DNA of 64,000 nt from Eledone cirrhosa (taxonomy: Eukaryota), in contig OZ024742.1 in the NCBI GenBank assembly GCA_964016885.1, forward strand, positions 335,606,001 to 335,670,000, read 5' to 3'. Shown in pieces: positions 51,091-64,000 of the stretch. A program made the translations under genes and the position numbers. Below the pieces are notes generated by a model. That model saw nothing but the letters and a program-made list of their open reading frames with translations, did no database searches and was not told the origin of the DNA. How positions within the stretch are numbered: position 1 is the first letter of the stretch; each line of letters begins with the position of its first letter.

Positions 51091-51103
51091 CGTACGACTC
51101 CAT
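51091..51103 (-). CDS. Candidate start micro-exon of the dehydratase (MESY)
   Basis: ATGGAGTCGTACG|gtgagt is a consensus donor in phase 1, compatible with the 48103 exon. No independent support. Confidence 0.3.
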
Positions 51104-51992
51104 CAGAAATTAAGGGACCATACTTACTTCATACCAACACATACATACATACACACATATATACATACACATACATACATACATATATACACATACATAC
51201 ACACACGTACATACATACACACATACATATATAAACATACATACATACATATATACACATACATACATAAACATACATATATACACATACATACACACAT
51301 ATATACATACATATACATACATGTATATATACATACACCTACATACAAACACATACATAGATACACACACATACATATATACATACACATACATACATAC
51401 ATACATGTATACATACACATACCTACATACAAACACATATATATATATATACACACACAGCTACATACAACCATCCATATATACATAAACATACATATTT
51501 ATGTGACGATTATAACAGATGACCAATGTATTACTAAACACTTTAATTCATTTCATGGTTTTAAAATATCTCTTATAACAAAAACAAAATAATATAAAAT
51601 ACAATAAAATAGATTATGTGGTAAAATAGAAGAACATTTTCTCCCTGTCATCGTTCAAACCTTTCCTCCTTTGTGATTATCACTGGTGTAAGTCAAAATA
51701 TATCAGCCTTGAGAACAGAATAATTGATATTAACCTACTGATAGTTTAATATGTTAATATATTGATTAAAATATATATCTAAAATATAGTTTAAGTGGTT
51801 TATGTTGAATATAAGACATGTTGGCTGATAAGTTCAAGGGAGATAAGCAGTGGCGGAGATATATAATGTGAAAATACTTATTGAAGTAGTAACGTCCCTA
51901 CACCATGTCTCTCTTCCTTTCAATACACCCCTCTCTCTTCTCCCCTGTTTTCTCACAACCGTTTTTTTTACAATACATATAATATATAGATA

Positions 51993-53328
51993 CAGGGTGT
52001 CCATAAAGTCTCTTTACAATTTAAAAAATATATTACAAAGGCAATTGATGAGATATCTTAATCAGATTTGTTCTGTTCTCAGTAGTTATCAATGTTTTTA
52101 ATCAAACTGCATTTGTGTATTTCTGGTATTCTGTTGATGAAAGAGGTACTGTTAAATGAACCCCTAAAACATGGCTACTCCTCAAGAAAAAGCACAATGT
52201 GTGCCATGGTTTATTGAAACAAAATCGGATACGCAGACTCATCGAAACTACAGAACTAAGTATGGAAGAGATCCACCGTCACGTCTGTCAATTCGTGTAT
52301 GGCACAAGAAATTTAATGAGACAGGGACAGTGCCAGATAAAGAGAGGAGTTGACGACCAAGAACATCTGAGGAAAATATATGTCGTGTAAGACAAGCCTT
52401 TCAGCGTTCTCCTACAAAATCCATCCGTATTGCTGCCAGACAGTTTCAGACGCCACGTTCAACAATACAAAAACTCCTACACAAGAACTTGCGATACTTA
52501 CAAAGTGCAACCCTTACATGCACTCGAGCCAAATGATAAACCAAGACGAAAAGAGTTTGCAGTTGACAGGCTGGAACGAATTTCTGAAGATGTTTTAGTG
52601 ATGAGGCAAGCTTTCATGTTTCAGGAAAACTGAACACACACAATGTGAGAATCTGGGGATCAGAACACCTCCACGTGACTAGGGAACTTCACCGAGTCCA
52701 AAGGTGAATGTGTGGTGTGGGATTATGTACAATCCCGAGGTAGTCCAAAGGTGAATGTGTGGTGTGGGATTATATGCAATCGAAAAATTGGTCCCTATTT
52801 CGTCAAGAGACATCAATTACTGCAAATGTTTACCTTGACCTTTTGACTGAATATGTGGCACAACTAGATGACCTTCAACCAACCATCATTTGCCAGCAAG
52901 ATCCTGCACCACCACATTGGGGACTGTACGTTCGTGGGTTCCCAAATCAAACATTTACAGATCGGTGGATTGGAAGAGATGCCCCAATTCCTTGGCCACC
53001 TAGTTCACCAGATATCACACCGCTGGACTTCTTTCTATGGGGTTATGTAAAAGATATCGTGTATCAAAGATATGAGACATCACTAATCTAAAGCAAAAGG
53101 TCACTGATGCTATTGCCTCCATTGATGAGGCCATGCTACAGTAAACATGGCAAGAAATCTAGTACCGCCTTGATGTGCTTCGTGCAACTAATGCTGCCCA
53201 TAAAGAGGTGTATTAAATTAGTTATAAAAAACTTTCTCCTCATTTTATAACAATTTTCACATATTTTATTTTCATTTGCTTTTGTAATAATTTTTTAAAA
53301 TTGTAAATTGTAAATTATGGACAGCCTG
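51993..53328 (+). mobile_element. Tc1/mariner DD41D (rosa/VS-type) transposon, full length, transposase disrupted
   Basis: TIRs CAGGGTGTCCATAA / TTATGGACAGCCTG with TA TSD. HTH N-terminus MATPQEKAQCV.WF. QQD...WPPSSPDITPLD with 41 residues between the second and third D. Stops and frameshifts present. Confidence 0.92.
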
Positions 53329-53663
53329 TATATATAATGTTTAATAGGCTTTTACAGGATTAAACCTGTTTCATTCAAAAGAAATCATCTGTAAAGTTGG
53401 CTCTACTTGTTGTATGTTCTCTGGTGGGAGGGGAAGGTGGTGATTTGGGGGATGAGGGGAGGTCATTGGCCAAAGGATTTTAAAGAACAAGGATTCTTTG
53501 AAATAACTATTTTTAGATATATACACAGTAATACAAGGACACAGATAAAAGTCAAGGTTGACAGTGACACTGACAGAAGAAGGAACACTTGCAGATTCAA
53601 GCGTCTTCACATATATTGTAATCAAGGAATTATGTAATTAAATATTTTTTACGGATACTATAC

Positions 53664-53765
<102 letters not shown>

Positions 53766-53990
53766 GTTTGATTTGTCCAGGTGTACTTTTCTCAACCTGA
53801 TTAGTTCTATCGTTACTTTGGTATATATTGTGTTAGTTTCGCCTACCACAATGATCGATTTGTCAAGCTATTTAAACGTATGTTATTACTCTAAGGTCCT
53901 ATCTTATCGAGTGCTTTGCTAACTCATCATTTCATATAAGTAGGCCGAATTTACTTGCAAACCGCCAGAGATTCGATTTTACTGATTTCC

Positions 53991-54064
<74 letters not shown>

Positions 54065-54067
<3 letters not shown>

Positions 54068-54745
54068 AGTCGTTTGGAAGTCTCGACAATGCAGATGGGT
54101 AAATCTCCGGGTAACAAGATCCGGTGGTGGAGAGAGAGATGTAAGTGGGTGTACGTTGAGATGCGTGGCGTATAGAAGACTGTAGCGTGTAGAAGAATGT
54201 AGGAAAGAGCGTAAAGGATAAATAAGGTGGGAGGCAGAAAGTGACAGGTATATAAAGCCTATATGTTCCCACCTTGAACAGAAAGATCGGAGCATTACGC
54301 TAGCAACTAACTATGTAAAGATTCACCGCTACCTTCAGGCCTTTGAGGTCTACAGAAACACAGAGACACCGGAACACCCCACTACAGAACAAGCTATGTG
54401 AAAGATTCACCACTATTCAACAGACCCCAGTGGTCTACATAGATACAGAGAGATCAGAGCCCTACTACTACAGACCCGCTATGTGAAAGATATTCCGCTA
54501 TCTACAAGCCACAGTGGTCTACAACCATATACAAACCATTACTCTCTCTCACTCACTATGGTCTCAGACTCACGACGACAACGTCAACCTTCTCAACTTT
54601 TGGTAACTGTTTTATTGTACTTTTTAATTGATTCACGTGAAATAAACCATATATAAACCAAATCATTTATTCTTATTATTCTTGTTATTTCATCTAATAA
54701 CCGTGTTACCTCATCTAACAAATACTTACTTTTACTTTCTCTACT
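54065..54745 (+). repeat. Possible solo-LTR-like interspersed repeat inserted in (TA)n
   Basis: Higher-GC block with TATATAAA (54249), three ~80-bp internal repeats (ctatgtgaaagattcacc) and AATAAA (54640). No clean TG..CA ends or TSD. Confidence 0.3.
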
Positions 54746-54869
54746 TCTCACTTTTACCCTTCGTTAAATATATATATATATAAAGGGCGTGCTTTTTGCA
54801 AAGAATATTATAAAATATAATAATTATAATACAGTTCAATAAAATTGGGTATATAACACACACATACAC

Positions 54870-55048
<179 letters not shown>

Positions 55049-55499
55049 GCTGTAAATGGGTAGTCGTGTATTTAACCACATGTATAGTCTGCTGTAATAG
55101 ACCGTCAACACTTCAGGCAAATATGTTGTTTCTTTTTCAGGGAATTTGTTATTTTCTATTTGAACTTTGTTTTATGTCTTTTCAAAATTGAGTTATAAAC
55201 TGTCAACGAACCAGTTTGGTCAGCAATTCTGTCTTGTTTTAAGATTTTAAGCCTGTAGCTAGAACTATAAACAAAACGTTTAATTTAGGAAACGTTTTAT
55301 CAAATAACATTTATAGTGATTGACTATTCTTATGGTCACTTCCATTGGGACGACTACATTTCAAATGTTAAATTTTCTCAATACTTTTTAACAAAGACAT
55401 TCATTTCAGGGAGATAATGAAGCTGACCTGCAACAGATGATTCGACCGTTATGATCGCCAGATTGGTTGGGACATCGTGGCTCTCATGACATCTTTTAA

Positions 55500-55805
55500 T
55501 CTATATTACTAAAACAGAGAATGTCTGTTTCTCTGTCTGTCTGTACAATCCCTAAAACTCCAGAACCACCCAACCGATTGTTTTCAAACTTTACACATGT
55601 AATACTTATGGTCCTGTTGAGTGTTCTGAACAAAATCTTTTTCAAATTTTCAATGCCCTAGGGACCGCATTAGGCGATTTAGCGATCTCTTTCTCTCTCT
55701 TAGTCTTTCTCTTTGTAGATAGATACATAGATATTACGTTGCACCCTTATAATATCTGTCTATATGCCTGACTGTCTGCATTACGTCATTATGACGCTGT
55801 GTGTG

Positions 55806-55888
<83 letters not shown>

Positions 55889-56027
55889 GCGTGTATGTGT
55901 GTTTGTATGTATATATAGCGTCTGTATATATATATAGTGTGTTGCGTTCACAGATTTACTATTTTAGTTTCAGAAGATCCCGTTAAGGGTGAAAGCAGCG
56001 ATTCTTTGCTTAAACTTTAATCTGTTA

Positions 56028-56103
<76 letters not shown>

Positions 56104-56438
56104 TATATAATATTCGTGTACAGATATTTTTGCATACACATATAAACAAAAGTATTTATTTCGCGATAAAGTATTGATTTTCTTCGAACGGGAAAAAACC
56201 CTGGTAATGTACGACAAACTTTTTATATAAGCACAAAATGTAGACACCAACCCGAAGCCGAGGTATTCCGTACTTCTCTGTACTGTTATTTATATATTCG
56301 TGTAAAGATATTTTTGCTTACACAATAACAAAATATAAACAAACGTATTTACTTCACGAGACTCGAGAAGGATAAATATATATCAAATATATAAGAACCC
56401 TAGAGCAAATCCCGAGCAACGCCGGGTCATTCTGCTAA
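55500..56438 (+). mobile_element. Non-autonomous Helitron
   Basis: 5' A|TCTATATTACTAAAA with a (tctg)n tract; 3' hairpin cccgagcaacgccggg followed by CTRR (ctaa); internal (TG)n and (TA)n. Confidence 0.7.
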
Positions 56439-56439
56439 A

Positions 56440-56760
56440 GTACTACAATATCTTTCAGTCTGTTTAACTGTAAATTCTAGACAGTAAAGAATATTCCAAG
56501 TGCTGGAATTACATTTGGGAATAGTAAGATACAGCTCAGTAAGTTTATTTAATAATTCAATTGGTGGAATTGAGGTTGGTAAAATATTTGATTCGTGTAT
56601 CGATTTAAAATAAAATATTTCATCTTTCATATCAATTGATATATCGATATTATATATTTCACACAATTGATTAACATTGAGGTGAATCTGATCAATTCCT
56701 ATTTCGGAATATTTCCAAATAACTCCAAACATTGCAACATTGAATCACCTTGAAACATTT
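56440..56760 (-). pseudogene. hAT transposase C-terminal dimerisation domain remnant
   Basis: PIELLNKL.EL...IP....ILYCL.FTVKQTERYCSTL resembles the P.T.ASAERSFS.L motif. It ends at the Helitron boundary. Confidence 0.4.
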
Positions 56761-56884
56761 GAAATGACAATATGGCGTCCAATACTTGTACATTAAATCT
56801 TCGCTGGTAGAATACACTTCTCTATCACGTCTTCCATTTTCTTTTATCTCTTGTTAGAAAATGCATTTGAGTTTCCAATATTTC

Positions 56885-59800
56885 TACCACTACCACAATA
56901 ATATATACCACAGATGACCACTAACACTACCACAATAATATATACCACAGATGACCACTACCACTACCACAATAATATATACCACAGATGACCACTACGA
57001 CTAACACAATAATATATTCCAAAGATGACCACTATCACTAACACTACCACAATAATATATACCACAGATGACCACTACCACTACCACAATAATATATACC
57101 ACAGATGACCACTACCACTACCACAATAATATATACCACAGATGACCACTACCATTACCACAATAATATATACCACTGATGACCACTACCACTACCTCTA
57201 CCACTACCACAATAATATATACCACAGATGACCACTACCACCACCACTACCACAATAATATATACCACAAATGACCACTACCACTACCCCTACCACAATA
57301 ATATATACCACAGATGACCACTACCACTATAATATATACCACAGATGACCACTACCACTACCTCTACCACTACCACAATAATATATAACACAGATGACCA
57401 CTACCACTACCACAATAATATATACCTCAGATGACCACTACCACTACAACAATAATATATACCACAGATGACCACTACCACTATCACAATAATATATACT
57501 ACAGATGACCACTACCACTACAACAATAATATATACCACAGATGACCACTACCACAATAATATATACTACAGATGACCACTACCACTACTACAATAATAT
57601 ATACCACAGATGACCACTACCACTACCACTACCACTACTACAATAATATATACCACAGATGACCACTAACACTACCACAATAATATATACCACAGATGAC
57701 CACTACCACTAGCACCATAATATATACCACAGATGACCACTACCAATACCACTACCACAATAATATATACCACAGATGACCACTATCACTACGACAATAA
57801 TATATACCATAGATGACCACTACTCCTACCACAATAATATATACCACAGATGACCACTACCACTACCACTACAACAATAATATATACCACTGATGACCAC
57901 TACCACTACGACAATAATATATACCATAGATGACCACTAGCACTACCACAATAATATATACCACAGATGACCACTACCACTACCACGATAATATATACCA
58001 CTAATGACCACTACCACTACCACTATCACAATAATATATACCACAGATGACCACTACCACTACCACAATATTATATACCACAGATGACCACTACCACTAC
58101 CACTACCACAATAATATATACCACAGATGACCACTACCACTACCACTACCACAATAATATATACCACAGATGACCACTACCACTACCACAATAATATATA
58201 CCACAGATGACCACTACCACTACCACTACCACAATAATATATACCACAGATGACCACTACCACTACCACAATATTATATACCACAGATGACCACTACCAC
58301 TACCACTACCACAATAATATATACCACAGATGACCACTACCACTACCACAATAATATATACCACAGATGACCACTACCACTACCACAATAATATATACCA
58401 CAGATGACCACTACCACAATAATATATACCACAGATGACCACTACCACTACCACTACCACAATATTATATACCGCAGATGACCACTACCACTACCACTAC
58501 CACAATAATATATACCATAGATGACCACTACCACTACCACTACCACAATAATATATACCACAGATGACCACTACCACTACCACAATATTATATACCACAG
58601 ATGACCACTACCACTACCACAATAATATATACCACAGATGACCACTACCACTACCACTACCACAATATTATATACCACAGATGACCACTACCACTACCAC
58701 AATAATATATACCACAGATGACCACTACCACTACCACTACCACAATAATATATACCACAGATGACCACTACCACTACCACAATAATATATACCACTGATG
58801 ACCAATACCACTACCACAATAATATATACCACAGATGACCACTACCACTACCACTACCACTACCACAATAATATATACCACAGTAGACCACTACCACTAC
58901 CACAATAATATATACCACAGATGACCACTACCTCTACCACTACCACAATAATATACACCACTGATGACCACTACCACTACCACAATAATATATACCACAC
59001 ATGACCACTACCACTACCTCAATAATATATACCACAGATGACCACTACCACTACCACAATAATATATACCACTGATGACCACTACCACTACCACTACCAC
59101 AATAATATATACCACTGATGACCACTACCACTATCACTACCACAATAATATATACCACTGATGACCACTACCACTACCACAATAATATACCACTGATGAC
59201 CACTACCACTACCACTACCACAATAATATATACCACTGATGACCACTGCCACTATCACTACCACAATAATATATACCACTGATGACCACTACCACTACCA
59301 CAATAATATATACCACTGATGACCACTACCACTACCACAATAATATATACCACTGATGACCACTACCACTATCACTACCACAATAATATATACCACTGAT
59401 GACCACTAACACTACCACAATAATATATACCACAGATGACCACTACCACTACCACAATAATATATACCACAGATGACCACTACCACTACCACTACAACAA
59501 TAATATATACCGCAGATGACCACTACCACTACGACAATAATATATACCATAGATGACCACTAGCACTACCACAATAATATATACCACAGATGACCACTAC
59601 CACTACCACGATAATATATACCACTAATGACCACTACCACTACCACTATCACAATAATATATACCACAGATGACCACTAGCACTACCACAATAATATATA
59701 CCACAGATGACCACTACCACTATCACAATAATATATACCACAGATGACCACTACCACTACCACAATATTATATACCACAGATGACCACTACCACTACCAC

Positions 59801-62800
59801 TACCACAATAATATATACCACAGATGACCACTACCACTACCACTACCACAATAATATATACCACAGATGACCACTACCACTACCACAATAATATATACCA
59901 CAGATGACCACTACCACTACCACTACCACAATAATATATACCACAGATGACCACTACCACTACCACAATATTATATACCACAGATGACCACTACCACTAC
60001 CACTACCACAATAATATATACCACATATGACCACTACCACTACCACAATAATATATACCACAGATGACCACTACCACTACCACAATAATATATACCACAG
60101 ATGACCACTACCACTACCACTACCACAATAATATATACCACAGATGACCACTACCACTACCACAATAATATATACCACAGATGACCACTACCACTACCAC
60201 AATAATATATACCACAGATGACCACTACCACAATAATATATACCACAGATGACCACTACCACTACCACTACCACAATATTATATACCGCAGATGACCACT
60301 ACCACTACCACTACCACAATAATATATACCATAGATGACCACTACCACTACCACTACCACAATAATATATACCACAGATGACCACTACCACTACCACAAT
60401 ATTATATACCACAGATGACCACTACCACTACCACAATAATATATACCACAGATGACCACTACCACTACCACTACCACAATATTATATACCACAGATGACC
60501 ACTACCACTACCACAATAATATATACCACAGATGACCACTACCACTACCACTACCACAATAATATATACCACAGATGACCACTACCACTACCACAATAAT
60601 ATATACCACTGATGACCACTACCACTACCACAATAATATATACCACAGATGACCACTACCACTACCACTACCACTACCACAATAATATATACCACAGTAG
60701 ACCACTACCACTACCACAATAATATATACCACAGATGACCACTACCTCTACCACTACCACAATAATATACACCACTGATGACCACTACCACTACCACAAT
60801 AATATATACCACACATGACCACTACCACTACCACTACCACAATAATATATACCACACATGACCACTACCACTACCTCAATAATATATACCACAGATGACC
60901 ACTACCACTACCACAATAATATATACCACTGATGACCACTACCACTACCACTACCACAATAATATATACCACTGATGACCACTACCACTACCACAATAAT
61001 ATATACCACTGATGACCACTACCACTACCACTACCACAATAATATATACCACTGATGACCACTACCACTACCACAATCATATATACCACTGATGACCACT
61101 ACCACTACCACTACCACAATAATATATACCACTGATGACCACTACCACTACCACAATAATATATACCACTGATGACCACTACCACTACCACAATAATATA
61201 TACCACTGATGACCACTGCCACTATCACTACCACAATAATATATACCACTGATGACCACTACCACTACCACAATAATATATACCACTGATGACCACTACC
61301 ACAATAATATATACCACTGATGACCACTACCACTATCACTACCACAATAATATATACCACTGATGACCACTACCACTACCACAATAATATATACCACAGA
61401 TGACCACTACCACTACCACTACCACAATAATATATACCACTGATGACCACTGCCACTACCACTACCACAATAATATATACCACAGATGACAACTACCACT
61501 ACCACTACCACAATAATATATACCACAGATGACAACTACCACTACCACTACCACAATAATATATACCACTGATGACCACTACCACTATCACTACCACAAT
61601 AATATATACCACAGATGACCACTACCACTACCACTACCACTACCACTACCACAATAATATATACCACTGATGACCACTACCACTACCACTACCACAATAA
61701 TATATACCACTGATGACCACTACCACTACCACAATAATATATACCACTGATGACCACTACCACTACCACAATAATATATACCACTGATGACCACTGCCAC
61801 AATAATATATACCACAGATGACCACTACCACTACCACAATAATATATACCACAGATGACCACTACCACTACCACTACCACTACCACTACCACAATAATAT
61901 ATACCACTGATGACCACTACCACTACCACTACCACAATAATATATACCACAGATGACCACTACCACTACCACAATAATATATACCACTGATGACCACTAC
62001 CACAATAATATATACCACAGATGACCACTACCACTACCACTACCACAATAATATATACCACAGATGACCACTATCACTACCACTACCACTACCACAATAA
62101 TATATACCACTGATGACCTCTACCACTACTACTACCACAATAATATATACCACAGATGACCACTACCACTACCACTATCACAATAATATATACCACTGAT
62201 GACCACTACCACTACCACAATAATATATACCACTGATGACCAATGCCACTACCATTACCACAATAATATATACCGCTGATGACCACTACCACTATCACTA
62301 CCACAATAATATATACCACTGATGACCACTACCACTACCACAATAATATATACCACAGATGACCACTACCACTACCACAATAATATATACCACAGATGAC
62401 CACGACCACTACCACTACCACAATAATATATACCACTGATGACCACTACCACTACCGCTACCACAATAATATATACCACTGATGACCACTGCCACTACCA
62501 CAATAATATATACCACAGATGACCACTACCACTACCACAATAATATATACCACTGATGACCACTACCACAATAATATATACCACAGATGAACACTACCAC
62601 TACCACTACCACGATAATATATGCCACAGATGACCACTACCACAATAATATATACCACAGATGACCACTACCACAATAATATATACCACAGATGACCACT
62701 ACCACTACCACTACCACAATAATATATACCACAGATGACCACTACCACTACCACTAGCACAATAATATATACCACCGATGACCACTACCACTACTACTAC

Positions 62801-64000
62801 CACAATAATATATACCACAGATGACCACTACCACTACAACTACCACAATAATATATACCACTGATGACCACTACCACTACCACGATAATATATACCACAG
62901 ATGACCACTGCCACTACCACTACCACAATAATATATACCACAGTAGACCACTAACACTACCACAATAATATATACCACTGATGACCACTACCACTACCAC
63001 AATAATATATACCACAGATGACCACTACCACTACCACTACCACAATAATATATACCACTGATGATCACTACTACTACCACTACCACAATAATATATACCA
63101 CAGATGACCACTACCACTACCACAATAATATATACCACTGATGACCACTACCACTACCACAATAATATATACCACTGATGACGACTACCACTACCACTAC
63201 CACAATAATATATACCACAGATGACCACTACCACTACCACAATAATATATACCACAGATGACCACTACCACTACCACAATAATATATACCACAGATGACC
63301 ACTACCACTACCACAATAATATATACCACTGATGACCACTACCACTACCACTACCACAATAATATATACCACAGATGACCACTACCACTATCACAATAAT
63401 ATATACTACAGATGACCACTACCACTACCACAATAATATATACCACTGATGACCACTACCACTACCTCAATAATATATACCACAGATGACCACTACCACT
63501 ACCACAATAATATATACCACTGATGACCACTACCACTACCACTACCACAATAATATATACCACAGATGACCACTACCACTACCACTATCACAATAATATA
63601 TACCACAGATGACCACTACCACTACCACAATAATATATACCACAGATGACCACTACCACTACCACTACCACAATAATATATACCACAGATGACCACTACC
63701 ACTACCACAATAATATATACCACAGATGACCACTACCACTACCACTACCACAATATATACCACAGATGACCACTACCACTATCACAATAATATATACCAC
63801 TGATGACCACTACCACTACCACTACCACAATAATATATACCACTGATGACAACTACCACTACCACAATAATATATACCACAGATGACCACTACCACTACC
63901 ACTACCACAATAATATATACCACAGATGACCATTACCACTACCACTTCCACAATAATATATACCACAGATGACCACTACCACTATCACAATAATATATAC
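56885..64000. repeat. >7-kb minisatellite, unit acaataatatataccacWgatg + (accact)n, ~31-55 bp, runs off the window
   Basis: Directly visible; the hexamer number varies per unit. Confidence 0.98.

Noticed and set aside
56885-64000. CRISPR-like array or tandem hammerheads (many ctgatga)
   Set aside because: No unique spacers, no GAAA half-core, no cas genes; eukaryotic minisatellite.

Overview
Eukaryotic (animal) genomic DNA, AT-rich and packed with microsatellites, minisatellites and transposons. The repeat repertoire (tRNA-derived SINEs, RTE and CR1/L2-type LINEs, Penelope-like elements, Helitrons, a DD41D mariner, long TA/CA tracts) looks molluscan, most likely cephalopod; this is inference, not a database result. 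One well-supported host gene is present: an 8-exon minus-strand PLP-dependent threonine/serine dehydratase-family gene (35472-48103, start exon uncertain). Other main features are a full-length Ty3/Gypsy (Mag-like) LTR element with near-identical LTRs, inserted into a 79-bp array inside an inverted Penelope-type structure; two Penelope-type inverted structures carrying minimal hammerhead ribozyme motifs; a ~1.5-kb-period satellite built from palindromic modules; and a >7-kb terminal minisatellite. Most ORFs in the supplied track are repeat artefacts. The best leads are the hammerhead motifs, a multi-stem pseudoknotted RNA next to the RTE LINE, the unusual dehydratase, a G-gaining island in a hexamer repeat, and the foldback-derived satellite. 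I cannot show from sequence alone that any of these is a new system.
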